Origin: a virus
Taxonomy: Duplodnaviria > Caudoviricetes
Virus record (IMG/VR): IMGVR_UViG_3300027734_000286
Location: 1 to 25,885 of that record
Reading direction: 5' to 3' (one strand)
DNA length: 25,885 nt
Positions within the stretch are counted from its first letter, which is position 1. Every line of letters begins with the position of its first letter. A program made the position numbers and the translations under genes. Positions 9,302-18,786 of this stretch are shown piece by piece. A model generated the notes under the pieces. That model was not told the origin of the DNA. It made no database searches and saw nothing but the letters and a program-made list of their open reading frames with translations.

Positions 9302-9329
9302 AGGAAGGGGGCCGAGGCCCCCCGTCCTT
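9302..9329 (-). terminator. Stem-loop / probable intrinsic terminator after the decoration-like gene
   Basis: GGGGGCC/GGCCCCC inverted repeat followed on the minus strand by TTCCTGTTT. Confidence 0.55.
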
Positions 9330-9654
9330 AAACGATGCAGCGAGTAACTACAAGACGAATCTTGCAAGACGCCAAGTCAACGGTCGAACCCGATTCGTTT
9401 TGGATGCGAATCGACACCGATCCAGCCGAGTCCACATAAGCAGTGACGCTCATGCCAACTTCACTCACAGCAAAAGAACAACCAATCACCATATCGCCCA
9501 GGGCAACGCCCGGAACGGCTACGGTATCCGTTTCACCCGCGCCATCAGCCAGCGAACCGGCGTCTAGCGTTGCGACAACGAGCCAAGTATCGCTAAAAAT
9601 ACCGCGAAACTGGTCATTCCCACGGCGGGAAGTAATTGCGGTAGCAGCAGCCAT
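9328..9654 (-). CDS. Putative capsid decoration/cement protein
   Basis: 108 aa beta-rich (VAVPGVALGD.V...AYV....V.IR..N), immediately after the major capsid gene, with a strong TAGGAG RBS. Confidence 0.55.
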   Translation of the reverse strand: MAAATAITSRRGNDQFRGIFSDTWLVVATLDAGSLADGAGETDTVAVPGVALGDMVIGCSFAVSEVGMSVTAYVDSAGSVSIRIQNESGSTVDLASCKIRLVVTRCIV

Positions 9655-9682
9655 AGTTAAATCTCCTAAAACAGGTTAAAGA

Positions 9683-9710
9683 TGCCCCCCGTCATCGCTG
9701 ACGGAGGGCA
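9683..9710 (-). terminator. Hairpin after the major capsid gene (weak terminator or mRNA stabiliser)
   Basis: TGCCC.CCGTCA-tcgc-TGACGG.GGGCA, followed on the minus strand by TCTTT. Confidence 0.5.
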
Positions 9711-9718
9711 GGTCTGCA

Positions 9719-10681
9719 TTAGGCAGGTACGGCCAACGCATACGCCGAGCTGGACAGCGCAGCACCAGAACTTGCCGCCGCACGCAGGGCCGAAACACCA
9801 TACAGGGTATCAGCGGTGTAAAGCGTCGCCAGATATTCCTGCTTGTATTGCGTCTGCGAACGAACACCAACCTGCTCAATCAAGATCATCGAGTCACGAT
9901 GGCCCATCAAGCAGATACGATCGAGGCCGCTAGAACCGGCGCCGAAGTCTGCGTTGGAGGTCGTGAACACGGGAATCCCGTAGAGCTGGCCGATTTCGCC
10001 GTTGCGGATCGCGTTGCCATTGCCGACGAACGCCTGCTCGGTATAGCGAGCAAGGCCCATCAACGTGTTACGGCTCGACGGCGGGATGATGAAGAAACGC
10101 CCGTCCATCGGCGCGTCGGTGTCATCCAGACGTTGAATCGTGCGACGGATCGCAGCGTCAGTCAGCGCGGCAGCGTTTGACGTGGTGCTGTTATACGCGG
10201 TCGTGCCGTCCGAACCGATAAACGCTTTGGTGGTCGTATTGCTGGTCGCGTAGTCGTTGGTGCCGACGGTCGCACCGTTGAACGCACGCCCGAGCTGGAT
10301 CAGGTCGGTATCAACCTGTTTCGCCAGCGCGTAACCCGCATCTTCGGTGTAGAACGAACGCAGCGAACTCAACGCCTGCACTTCGACGATATCCTCAATC
10401 AAGCGGCTATATTCATAGTGCTTGTTGATCGAGATCGCAACTTCGGTTTCCGTAGCAGCGATCAGCGTGACGGCGGTGGACGCCGCTTTCGCTGAGGCCG
10501 AGCCACGGGTCGGGGCGGGAACGTGAACGGTGTCGCCCTTTTTGCCCTTGAAGTTCATGCGTTTGACAACATTCGCCAGCACAAGATTTTTCTTGTAGGC
10601 GGCAACAATCTCATCACTCCAAATTTCGGGGATGAAGGTAGCTGCGGTGGTAACGGTTACTGCCGGTGTTGGAAAAGCCAT
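9719..10681 (-). CDS. Major capsid protein (HK97 fold)
   Basis: FIPEIWS, KKGDTVHVP, Y...AGYALAKQVD, IG.LYGIPV and ADTLYG motifs typical of podovirus coat proteins; TAGGAG RBS. Confidence 0.9.
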   Translation of the reverse strand: MAFPTPAVTVTTAATFIPEIWSDEIVAAYKKNLVLANVVKRMNFKGKKGDTVHVPAPTRGSASAKAASTAVTLIAATETEVAISINKHYEYSRLIEDIVEVQALSSLRSFYTEDAGYALAKQVDTDLIQLGRAFNGATVGTNDYATSNTTTKAFIGSDGTTAYNSTTSNAAALTDAAIRRTIQRLDDTDAPMDGRFFIIPPSSRNTLMGLARYTEQAFVGNGNAIRNGEIGQLYGIPVFTTSNADFGAGSSGLDRICLMGHRDSMILIEQVGVRSQTQYKQEYLATLYTADTLYGVSALRAAASSGAALSSSAYALAVPA

Positions 10682-10701
10682 GGTGAATCTCCTAAATTAA
10701 G

Positions 10702-11460
10702 TTATTTGACCCGACCTTCAGCGTAGGCTTGCATGATTTCATCACCCAATGCCTCGTAGCGGTTCGGATCATTCATTTTTAGCCGAATAAGGTCTGCCCG
10801 ACGATAGACACGTCTTGATGACTCACCAGAACCACCCACATCGACCGACGCTGCTTTGAGGTTTTGCTTACGGGTTTTTTCACCTGCATTTTCCGTTTGC
10901 TTTGCCTTAACGCCGCGCAGTTCTTTGTAGGTAGACAACAATTCATTCGCACTGTCGTAATCGAATTCACCATCGGCTTTCGCCCAGAGGCCCAATCGTA
11001 TCGGACTCATTTTCACCCAATTTGCAAACTCGGGGTCTTGAGCCACTTCAACAAAATCGGGATGCTCTTTGCTCAACTTCTGATGCACCTGCATCTTCTT
11101 AAAGTCACCAGCGGCTTGCCGCGCAGCGAGGATATCGGGATGCCGATCGACGGTTGCTTGAATTGCTTTTTTCGGGTCTTCAAAAAAATCTACTTCGGGT
11201 TCTTGCTCTTTAGTCGCTGCCGGAGCATTGCCGAGGTTGTGCTTAATGAGTTCATCAGCCAGTTTGCGGACTTCACCGACTTCTTGCGCCTGCTTGCCGA
11301 TCAGCTTCTCAGCCTCCTGGTGCATGTGCACAATATCGCCTAACGATTTGCCCCGATACTTCTCGGGAACGTCAGATGATGCCTCTTCGACGGTGTTTTC
11401 CAGCTTCACTTCTTCCGGCGCGATATCCTCTTGCGACTCGACTTCGTTTTCGATCAGCAT
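10702..11460 (-). CDS. Capsid scaffolding protein
   Basis: Acidic N-terminus, PEKYRGKS motif, coiled coil and C-terminal EIMQAYAEGRVK as in T7-like scaffolds. Start moved to 11460 on the basis of the AAGGA RBS. Confidence 0.8.
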   Translation of the reverse strand: MLIENEVESQEDIAPEEVKLENTVEEASSDVPEKYRGKSLGDIVHMHQEAEKLIGKQAQEVGEVRKLADELIKHNLGNAPAATKEQEPEVDFFEDPKKAIQATVDRHPDILAARQAAGDFKKMQVHQKLSKEHPDFVEVAQDPEFANWVKMSPIRLGLWAKADGEFDYDSANELLSTYKELRGVKAKQTENAGEKTRKQNLKAASVDVGGSGESSRRVYRRADLIRLKMNDPNRYEALGDEIMQAYAEGRVK

Positions 11461-11515
11461 ACTATTTCCTTTTCCTGCCACTTAAGGTTGTAGGAGATTA
11501 ACTCGCCAAAATTGG

Positions 11516-11743
11516 TTACGAGTTAGCTTTTTGCTCTGCTTTCAGTTTGTCCAGGTGGCGTTGCTCGAACCGTCCATGTGCCGACGGGAATGAGCCAGAC
11601 CACCCTTCCAACTTGATTGCAGGTGCAGAAATGACGCGTTTAGCCGACGCGCCACAATCACACTGAACGATATTGTGTTCAAACTCAACGTATCGTTCAG
11701 TCCGGTGTCCGCTTTCGCAGACAAAATCATACATTCGTTTCAA
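11516..11743 (-). CDS. FmdB-like zinc-ribbon protein
   Basis: MYDFVCESGH...CDCG..AKRVISAP pattern. Confidence 0.75.
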   Translation of the reverse strand: MKRMYDFVCESGHRTERYVEFEHNIVQCDCGASAKRVISAPAIKLEGWSGSFPSAHGRFEQRHLDKLKAEQKANS

Positions 11744-11969
11744 TTTGCAAATCCTCGTATGAGCGTGAGCTGGCCTCTCGCAAGGTTTTCAGCCACGTTA
11801 GAATCGAAAGTTCGCCCTTTTTAAACTGTAACTGTTTTTCGCCATCTACAGCAGAAATATTATTAAGCGCGGCGATCATGGCATCAATGTCGGCCATCAA
11901 ATCGACCCATCCATCGGTTGCCATCATGGAAAACCGGTCTTCATAATACTTCTGTAATTCTGGTGCCAT
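11727..11969 (-). CDS. Small conserved head-module protein (hypothetical)
   Basis: 80 aa helical, GW.DL...LQFKKGEL.IL, of the kind often found between portal and scaffold genes. Confidence 0.65.
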   Translation of the reverse strand: MAPELQKYYEDRFSMMATDGWVDLMADIDAMIAALNNISAVDGEKQLQFKKGELSILTWLKTLREASSRSYEDLQIETNV

Positions 11970-12188
11970 TTACGCTCTCGCCGCTTGTTGCAAAGGCATC
12001 AAATCTTCCGTAGTCCAGAAGTCTTTGGCGACCATGATTTTCAAGTGTTCTTTATTGCGGCTAAGACAATCCGCCCACTCTGCATCGCTCATTGTTTCCG
12101 GCTTACCTGCGTTAATCAAGTTTACCGAATCCATCGCGGCGCTGTAGTGTTGGGCAATCTGTTCTGCGCTCAGTTGTTCAAGTTCCAT
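11970..12188 (-). CDS. Small acidic fibre-associated hypothetical protein
   Basis: Start reassigned to ATG 12188 (MELEQLSAEQIAQHYSAAMDSV) from the AAGGA RBS just after the fibre stop codon; 72 aa. Confidence 0.65.
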   Translation of the reverse strand: MELEQLSAEQIAQHYSAAMDSVNLINAGKPETMSDAEWADCLSRNKEHLKIMVAKDFWTTEDLMPLQQAARA

Positions 12189-12198
12189 TTGTTTTTCC

Positions 12199-14907
12199 TT
12201 ACGGGTGGGTTGATTTGTATGCGTCAAATTCTGCTTTGAGTTCTTTGACGGCATTAACAAGATACCAAGTCAGATTGTCTGCGTTCACTGACATAACGCC
12301 AGTGGATTCAGTCTTGACGCAATCCGGCAATACCATTTGAAGTTCTTGGGCTATGACGCCAAGTTGGACACCTTCTTTTTTAATGGCATCGGTTGGCTTG
12401 AGTTCGGCATCCACTTCTTCCGGCAAGCGGTATTCAAAGTTACGCACTTGAATGGCGGTAATTTTTTCTAGGCCAATATTGTTATCTGCAATGTTTTTCT
12501 TAAGACGTTGGTCTGAAGTTACTGACCAATTTAAAGAGTTTGCACTGTTATAGGCACCAGATGATCCGCTAACAAAAAAGGTTTCGTTGCCTTTACCCGC
12601 AAGGTTCCAACCAAAAAGGTATTCAGCGGATACGTTTGTGTTACTGCCGTGACAATACGGCCCTACAAATACGTTATTGCTTCCATTTACTGATGCTGTT
12701 GCGTTATACCCACAGAGATAACCTATAAAAACACTGTCGGTTCCAGTGGTTATACTACGACCTGCTTGATAGCCAATGGCCGTGTTATTTCCAGCGGTTG
12801 TTTCAGAATAAAGTGCTTGATACCCCACGGCGGTGTTGTTGCTGGAGGTGGTGTTGGCTTGAAGGGATTGGAGACCAACAGCTACGTTGTAGCTACCCGT
12901 AGTGTTTGATGTGAGTGCTGTCCTTCCAAAAGCGGAATTGTAGCCTCCAGTAGTGTTTGCATACATTGCTTGTTCGCCAACAGCGGTATTGTCAGGCCCT
13001 GTTGTGATTGAATACAAAGAATATGAACCAACAGCAGTATTTGCTCCTCCGTTTGCGCCAGACCCGTACATAGAAAAGTAACCCACCGCTGTATTACTTC
13101 CCCCAGTGGTGTTGCTATACAGTGCTTGGTAACCAATAGAAGTATTCCGAATAGCACTTGTTAGGCTATACGCAGATTGGTAACCAACAGCAGTAACACT
13201 ATTACCAGTATTTGCTTGAAGTGCTTGATAACCGATTGCAGTTACGCCAGTTGCGCCGGTCGTTGTGGTTGCAGCCTGATAGCCCAAAGCAACAGCCGCA
13301 GTCCCTGATGGCGTAATGCCATACACAGTGCCAAGCACAGTAGGTGTGGCGGCAGAAGCAGTTGAAGGCGTTTGCCACGTAGCCACAGTGCTACTTGTCG
13401 CAGTCAACACCTGACCCGTTGACGGCGCGGCAGAAGCGGCAACAGACACCACGCCGGTTGCTGACGTGAGCTTGTCCACGCCGCCCGTAGCCGTGACCGT
13501 CGTAAACGCCCCTGTGCTTGCCGTGGTCGCGCCGACGGTGCCATTGATGTTGATGCTGGCAGTGCCGGTCAGGTTCGTGACAGTGCCGCTGGACGGTGTG
13601 CCAAGCGCGCCGCCATTGACGACAAACGCGCCAGCGGTTCCTACATTGACGCCGAGTGCGGTAGCGACACCAGTTCCGATTGCGGTGATCCCCGTTCCAC
13701 CGTTTGCGACTGGTAGAGTTCCCGACACATGGGTTGTGAGCGCGATCTTCCCATAACTAGGCGCGGCGCCAATACCACCAGAAATAATGGCATTTCCGGT
13801 CGCTACATCCGCAAGTTTAGAAAGCGCAGTGGTCGTGCTGGCGTATAGGATATCGCCAACGGCATAGCTTGATTGGCCGGTGCCGCCAGAGGTCGCAACC
13901 AGTGTGGCCGATAACCCCGCAGCCGTTCCGCTGGTGTTTTGGTTCAGCGTTGGGAATGTGCAGTTTGTGAGTGTGCCGCTGCTCGGTGTGCCGAGTACTG
14001 GCGTCACCAGTGTCGGGCTGGTCGCCAACACATTGCTACCAGACCCCGTATTGGTCACCGACACGACATTTTTGCTCGCGTCTAGCGCCAGCGCCGTTGA
14101 TGCCGTTAGACCAGAAAAGGTGACTGTGCTGGATGCCGACAGCGTGGTGAAATTACCGTCCGCACCACCTTCAACCCGCTGCCAGACGGTGCCGTTAAAG
14201 ATCGCCCAATCGCCTACGCCCCAATTGCTAATCCCATTCAAACTTGTCGATCCAGCAACGGACACAATGTAAAACGTGCCACTGGTGCCGACGCTGGATG
14301 CAAGTGCCGGGGTATTGGTGCTGGCGTTCCACAGGCCACCATACACAACAGACGACCCTAGCGCCGTGATCTGCGCTTGTAGGCTTGCCAGCGTGTCAAT
14401 AACCGATTGCGATGTGCCACCGCCGTTGGTGATGACCTTGATCTGTTCGGCCAGCGCGGGGGCGACGACCTCGCCCACATTAATCTCCCGGCCTGACGAC
14501 AGGCTGATAACCAGACTACCGTCAAAATCAATATGCGCGTTGGCTACGGATACGCCATCGGTGCCATCCGCGCCATCAAGCCCGTTCTTACCATCTGCAC
14601 CGCGTGGCCCCGTCGCCCCATCGCGCCCGTTCTTGCCATCCTTCCCGTTGCGGCCATCCCGTCCATCGGCGCCATCGCGCCCGTCTTTGATCGTGGACAC
14701 GCGCTTTTCAATGGCAAAACCAACGTCATCAAAACGGGATCGAATATCAGATTCAATCTTTTTGAGTGCTTGAACAACCAGATCAACATTCGCGGCGATT
14801 TTCTGTTTTTGAATTTCTTTGCTATCCGCAATTGATTTTTGCACCGACTCAAGAACATTGAGCTTTTCTTCGTCGGTCATCTCGTCCAGGTTAGGCACAA
14901 TGCTCAT
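12199..14907 (-). CDS. Long trimeric fibre: coiled coil, collagen-like repeat, shaft, YadA/Hep_Hag-like repeats and C-terminal S74 intramolecular chaperone
   Basis: Gly-X-Y run (GRDGADGRDGRNGKDG...), GGTG fibre motifs, ~14-residue NTAVGYQAL repeats, and SDQRLKKNI...GVIAQEL...LVNAVKEL. Confidence 0.85.
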   Translation of the reverse strand: MSIVPNLDEMTDEEKLNVLESVQKSIADSKEIQKQKIAANVDLVVQALKKIESDIRSRFDDVGFAIEKRVSTIKDGRDGADGRDGRNGKDGKNGRDGATGPRGADGKNGLDGADGTDGVSVANAHIDFDGSLVISLSSGREINVGEVVAPALAEQIKVITNGGGTSQSVIDTLASLQAQITALGSSVVYGGLWNASTNTPALASSVGTSGTFYIVSVAGSTSLNGISNWGVGDWAIFNGTVWQRVEGGADGNFTTLSASSTVTFSGLTASTALALDASKNVVSVTNTGSGSNVLATSPTLVTPVLGTPSSGTLTNCTFPTLNQNTSGTAAGLSATLVATSGGTGQSSYAVGDILYASTTTALSKLADVATGNAIISGGIGAAPSYGKIALTTHVSGTLPVANGGTGITAIGTGVATALGVNVGTAGAFVVNGGALGTPSSGTVTNLTGTASININGTVGATTASTGAFTTVTATGGVDKLTSATGVVSVAASAAPSTGQVLTATSSTVATWQTPSTASAATPTVLGTVYGITPSGTAAVALGYQAATTTTGATGVTAIGYQALQANTGNSVTAVGYQSAYSLTSAIRNTSIGYQALYSNTTGGSNTAVGYFSMYGSGANGGANTAVGSYSLYSITTGPDNTAVGEQAMYANTTGGYNSAFGRTALTSNTTGSYNVAVGLQSLQANTTSSNNTAVGYQALYSETTAGNNTAIGYQAGRSITTGTDSVFIGYLCGYNATASVNGSNNVFVGPYCHGSNTNVSAEYLFGWNLAGKGNETFFVSGSSGAYNSANSLNWSVTSDQRLKKNIADNNIGLEKITAIQVRNFEYRLPEEVDAELKPTDAIKKEGVQLGVIAQELQMVLPDCVKTESTGVMSVNADNLTWYLVNAVKELKAEFDAYKSTHP

Positions 14908-16979
14908 TTCAAAGCTCCAGACAATTGGTCTAGAAAATCATTCTCAACTGATCGCAAACTGTCGCGCTTGTTTTGCATCTGCAATTCGACGATCTTGCTC
15001 TTGTTCTTAATGTCAGCTTCCTTCAGCATCAGTTCCGCAATCTTGACCCGCTTGTCAAACTCGCGGCTGTTGGCATCATCCGCGTTTGGCAGATTCTTGG
15101 TCACCGACGCCAGTATCTTGGCCTCCGTTTCCTTCGGCATCAATTGCGTTTCGGTGAGCAATTTCTGAGCCTCGGCCCGATTCTGCTCGGCCTGCGTGGT
15201 GTTGAGCGCGATCTGTGACTGCGCCGACTGCATCGCCAACTGCTGCTGCATCTGCTGCATCTGCTGCGCTTCCGGGTTCGGTTGCGACATTTCGTCCAGT
15301 TTGGCAATCAGCTCATAGCGGTTGGATAGGCTGGAATTGCCCAAGATACCCTTCAGGATCAGCGGCAGCACTGGCGTATCCGGCCCCAAGGTCTGCAACA
15401 GACCGATAAACTGCTGCTGCTCGTATTCCCGCGCAATAATGCCCAAGGTCGCGGTCGGGATAAACTTCATGTCCACAGACGGATAACGCTCGGGATCAAA
15501 CTGCATATACCGATACGCTGCCTTGTGGATAAACGGGATCAGGAAATCCTCTTGGAAGTTCACCAGCGTGCGCTTGTATTTCTTGATGATGGTCGCCACC
15601 GCCATCGACATACCCGCACCGTCGCGGTTGCCCTGGCTAACCATGCCCTGCGAGTCCAGTGTGCCGGTCGCTTGCAGCAGCATGGTCTCGAACGCCTTGG
15701 CGGTTGCCAGATTGTTGCCATCAGTGCTGCCAAACTTGAACGGATACAGAATCTCTGCTGGCGCCCCGTTGGTCAGGATGGCCTTGCCGGGCTTCACTTC
15801 AAACTTTGCCCCTCGCGGTAGACGTGTGGCGTCCATCGCAATCATCGGGCTGGTTGTCAGCGCCAAGGAATCCAGATGGCTACGCACCTGGGCGTCGATC
15901 GCCTTCTGCATGTTGTAGGCTTTTTCAATCGTGCCGCGCCCGAGTAGGCGGTTCGGCACCGTGTCGTCCTGGTAACTAATCACCGGACGATCCTTCATCA
16001 TGTAGGGGCTTTCTTCGGCCTTTAGCAGCACGCTCTCATTGGCGATGACCACGATGGCCTCGACCAAATCAGAATACTCATCCTGCGCTGAACTCTCGGG
16101 GAACAGATCGACGATATCCTTGTTCTCGTCGCTGTTCATCAGCAGCTCGCGCGGCACCAGACCGTAATAGGTCAGCAACCGCACCTTGTCGTCGCGATAC
16201 TGCGTGATCTCCTGCGTCGGCTCCAGCTTGGTGTCTTCCGAGTCGGTGCCTAACTCCACCTTGCGGTAGATGCCGTCTTCCTGCCCTTTGACGATCTTGT
16301 GGATGGAGATATATTTCTCGATCGCCACGCCGAGACAGTCATCAATGCTGGTGCCGTTCGGGTCGAACAGGAAATTCTTGGGGTTGACCGGCACGATCTT
16401 GACGCCGATGCGATCCTTCTCCCGCACGCCAATCGCCGCTTGGCCCATCTGCCCCGGTATCGGTTGCGTGGCTGGAACGAACACCTTGTCCGTAATCACC
16501 GCAATCTCGCCGATGCCGGTGCCGTAAATCTCGGCCATCAGCTCGATCTGGTCGATCGCCTTTCGGATTTTATCGACTTTGAAATCTTCCATCAGTTGCG
16601 CTTTCAACATCTCCACGTCCAGCGGGTTGTTGTTCACATCCCGCAGATCGTCCTCAATGTCGAAAAAGTCGCCCTGTCCAAAGATCGCCTCCATGATCTC
16701 CGCGTGCCGCGTTTCCACCGCCTGCTGCGCGGCTGGCGTGACGATGCGGCTGCGCTCGGAGTCGCGCAGCTTGTCCTGCGCCGACCATTGGCCGCGAAAG
16801 ATGCGCTCGTATTCCTCCCACAACGCCAGAAAGTTCGTATCGCGGTAGGTGCGCCAGCGGTCGCAGTGGTCAATTACGAATGAAGTCAGCTCGCGATCAT
16901 TTTCGCTCGGCTGCTCGTATTCATACTCGCCGGTGACGCCGTTCTCGTCGCCGGTTTCGCTGTCTTTTTCAAACGCCAT
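14904..16979 (-). CDS. Portal protein
   Basis: 691 aa, follows the terminase; YGTGI and NFLFDP motifs and a Gln-rich C-terminal helical barrel as in P22-like portals. Confidence 0.88.
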   Translation of the reverse strand: MAFEKDSETGDENGVTGEYEYEQPSENDRELTSFVIDHCDRWRTYRDTNFLALWEEYERIFRGQWSAQDKLRDSERSRIVTPAAQQAVETRHAEIMEAIFGQGDFFDIEDDLRDVNNNPLDVEMLKAQLMEDFKVDKIRKAIDQIELMAEIYGTGIGEIAVITDKVFVPATQPIPGQMGQAAIGVREKDRIGVKIVPVNPKNFLFDPNGTSIDDCLGVAIEKYISIHKIVKGQEDGIYRKVELGTDSEDTKLEPTQEITQYRDDKVRLLTYYGLVPRELLMNSDENKDIVDLFPESSAQDEYSDLVEAIVVIANESVLLKAEESPYMMKDRPVISYQDDTVPNRLLGRGTIEKAYNMQKAIDAQVRSHLDSLALTTSPMIAMDATRLPRGAKFEVKPGKAILTNGAPAEILYPFKFGSTDGNNLATAKAFETMLLQATGTLDSQGMVSQGNRDGAGMSMAVATIIKKYKRTLVNFQEDFLIPFIHKAAYRYMQFDPERYPSVDMKFIPTATLGIIAREYEQQQFIGLLQTLGPDTPVLPLILKGILGNSSLSNRYELIAKLDEMSQPNPEAQQMQQMQQQLAMQSAQSQIALNTTQAEQNRAEAQKLLTETQLMPKETEAKILASVTKNLPNADDANSREFDKRVKIAELMLKEADIKNKSKIVELQMQNKRDSLRSVENDFLDQLSGALK

Positions 16980-16983
16980 ATTA

Positions 16984-18240
16984 TTAGACTCCCGACACTA
17001 CGTCGATGGGTGACCAGGTGTCTTCCTGTTCCTCAAAATACGACGTTATCGCTAACTGGTCTATGTATGACAGCGCGTCGGGCAGGTCGTCGTGTACGCC
17101 CTGCGCGGGGAACATCAACAACTGGTCTATAAATTCGTCAAAGTCCTCGTCACTGTTGAGGATCACCCGACCATGCTCGAAACGGCCCTGTAGCGACCAG
17201 ATGATCCGGTCGGCCTTTTTACGGTTGCCATGCGTCAGGTCAATAATGTGGGAATATACATTACTTTTCCGCATTAAGTCACTCAAATACGGCAAAACCG
17301 CGTTTTTCAACGCCCCGCGCTCAATCCCCACCGCCACCGGTCGGTAATCCCTGATCGCCATCAGGATATTCGACGCCGTTTCCTTAATATCCCAACGACC
17401 GTGGTCAATCTTTTTAACCCACCACTTGCCATCATCAGTAACCTTGACCACTGCGATAGCGGATTCGTCGAGCCTCTTGCGCGAATTCGCTGCTTGCTTG
17501 GCGACTTCTTCAAACCCCGCGAGATCACACGCGATGTAGTAGCCGCCAACTTCGGGTTCTTCGCCATATTTCAGCCACTCCTCTTTGAAGACGTCGCTGC
17601 CAGCGGTGTCAAAACTCGCCATGTATTCCTGCTTGAAACTGAAGCTCGATAACGTCTTCTTAGCACTCTCGATCTCGTCCGGATCAATCATCGGATTGTC
17701 TTTGGTCGTGAAATGCCAAGACTTCCAATCGGCATCTGTCTCATTCTTCCCCAGATTGAACAGATCGTAGAACCAATTGCGGCCACGGGGAGTACCGATG
17801 AAGATGGCGCGGCCTTTTTTGTCTGACAGAGAGGCCCGTATGACCTGCTCCCACGCCTCCGGCTTGATGTCGGCCACTTCATCCAGAACCGCATACGTCA
17901 AGCTCACCCCGCGCAGCGTGTCCGGTCGGTCCGCGCCCCTGACGTAGATGCGCGCCCCGTTAATCAGCGTGATATCCAGATTGTTGACGTGACTCGACTG
18001 GATCACCTCCTTCCCAAGATCGAGCAACAAATCCCAGATGATCTGTCTGGACTGCCCCATCGTCGGGCTGACATACAGCACCGCTGACCCTTGCGGGCAG
18101 CGCAGACCTTCTATCAACAGCGTTGTCGCCGCCAGCCTCGACTTGCCGCAGCGCCGCCCCGCCGCGATGACCTTGAACCGCGTGGTGTCCTTGAAGACGT
18201 CTTGCTGCCAGGGCAGCAGACTGAAGTTCAGATCGGCCAT
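16984..18240 (-). CDS. terL: Terminase large subunit
   Basis: Walker A AGRRCGKS, Walker B AVLDE, coupling motif IGTP, and nuclease residues IACDLA and HDDLPDAL. Confidence 0.95.
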   Translation of the reverse strand: MADLNFSLLPWQQDVFKDTTRFKVIAAGRRCGKSRLAATTLLIEGLRCPQGSAVLYVSPTMGQSRQIIWDLLLDLGKEVIQSSHVNNLDITLINGARIYVRGADRPDTLRGVSLTYAVLDEVADIKPEAWEQVIRASLSDKKGRAIFIGTPRGRNWFYDLFNLGKNETDADWKSWHFTTKDNPMIDPDEIESAKKTLSSFSFKQEYMASFDTAGSDVFKEEWLKYGEEPEVGGYYIACDLAGFEEVAKQAANSRKRLDESAIAVVKVTDDGKWWVKKIDHGRWDIKETASNILMAIRDYRPVAVGIERGALKNAVLPYLSDLMRKSNVYSHIIDLTHGNRKKADRIIWSLQGRFEHGRVILNSDEDFDEFIDQLLMFPAQGVHDDLPDALSYIDQLAITSYFEEQEDTWSPIDVVSGV

Positions 18241-18611
18241 CAGGTCGCATCCTCTGCATCTACGTCTTCCGGTTCCGGCGTCGCATCTATGATCGCGCCG
18301 GTGGTGACTTCGCCAATACCAGTGATGTTGATCGTCACCGCACCGCGGTGGCCCTTGTCCTTCTCAAACATGCTCACCGGTAACGTGCGCTCCATACACA
18401 ACTTCAACGCGGCCATCTGACTCGGATGCCCGTCGTCCATCGCAATGTCTACCACCTTCTGCACCACGCGCCGACCACTGCTATCCAGCAACATCTGCTT
18501 TAACTCGTTCAACCGCTGGTAGTCCGTCTTCGGCAGCACCTTCGGTGCGCGATACCGTTTGGGTCTACCGTCTTTAACCGGTGGATTGTCCATATTGGCC
18601 CTCTTTGTCAC
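18240..18611 (-). CDS. terS: Terminase small subunit (putative)
   Basis: 123 aa directly upstream of terL with a 1-nt overlap; GRPK N-terminus, helical core and VTINITG C-terminal strand. Confidence 0.65.
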   Translation of the reverse strand: MTKRANMDNPPVKDGRPKRYRAPKVLPKTDYQRLNELKQMLLDSSGRRVVQKVVDIAMDDGHPSQMAALKLCMERTLPVSMFEKDKGHRGAVTINITGIGEVTTGAIIDATPEPEDVDAEDAT

Positions 18612-18786
18612 TGACTATAACCCATCGCTGGACAAATCGCTACCGTTTGGCTGTAAGTAGACTACATACGCCATTTTGCTCTTTTTTTGTGGGTGGGGGG
18701 CACCGCAAAGTTCTCGTGCCAGCCAGACCCCCTCCCCCCCATGTCTTCCAGCCACCAAGCCACGTTATGTCAAATCGTCCTGGCAG

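Noticed and set aside
9655-9721. T7-like capsid frameshift or readthrough into the decoration gene
   Set aside because: No obvious slippery site at the capsid 3' end, and the downstream gene has its own strong RBS.
11461-12260. ORF-track starts at 11481 and 12260
   Set aside because: Downstream ATGs (11460 and 12188) have well-spaced RBSs; the 12260 start would also overlap the fibre gene.
4570-14907. Diversity-generating retroelement or invertase acting on the fibres
   Set aside because: No reverse transcriptase, recombinase or template/variable repeat pair was seen.
575-18420. Numerous plus-strand ORFs within the virion module
   Set aside because: Antisense shadows of well-supported minus-strand genes with biased codon usage.
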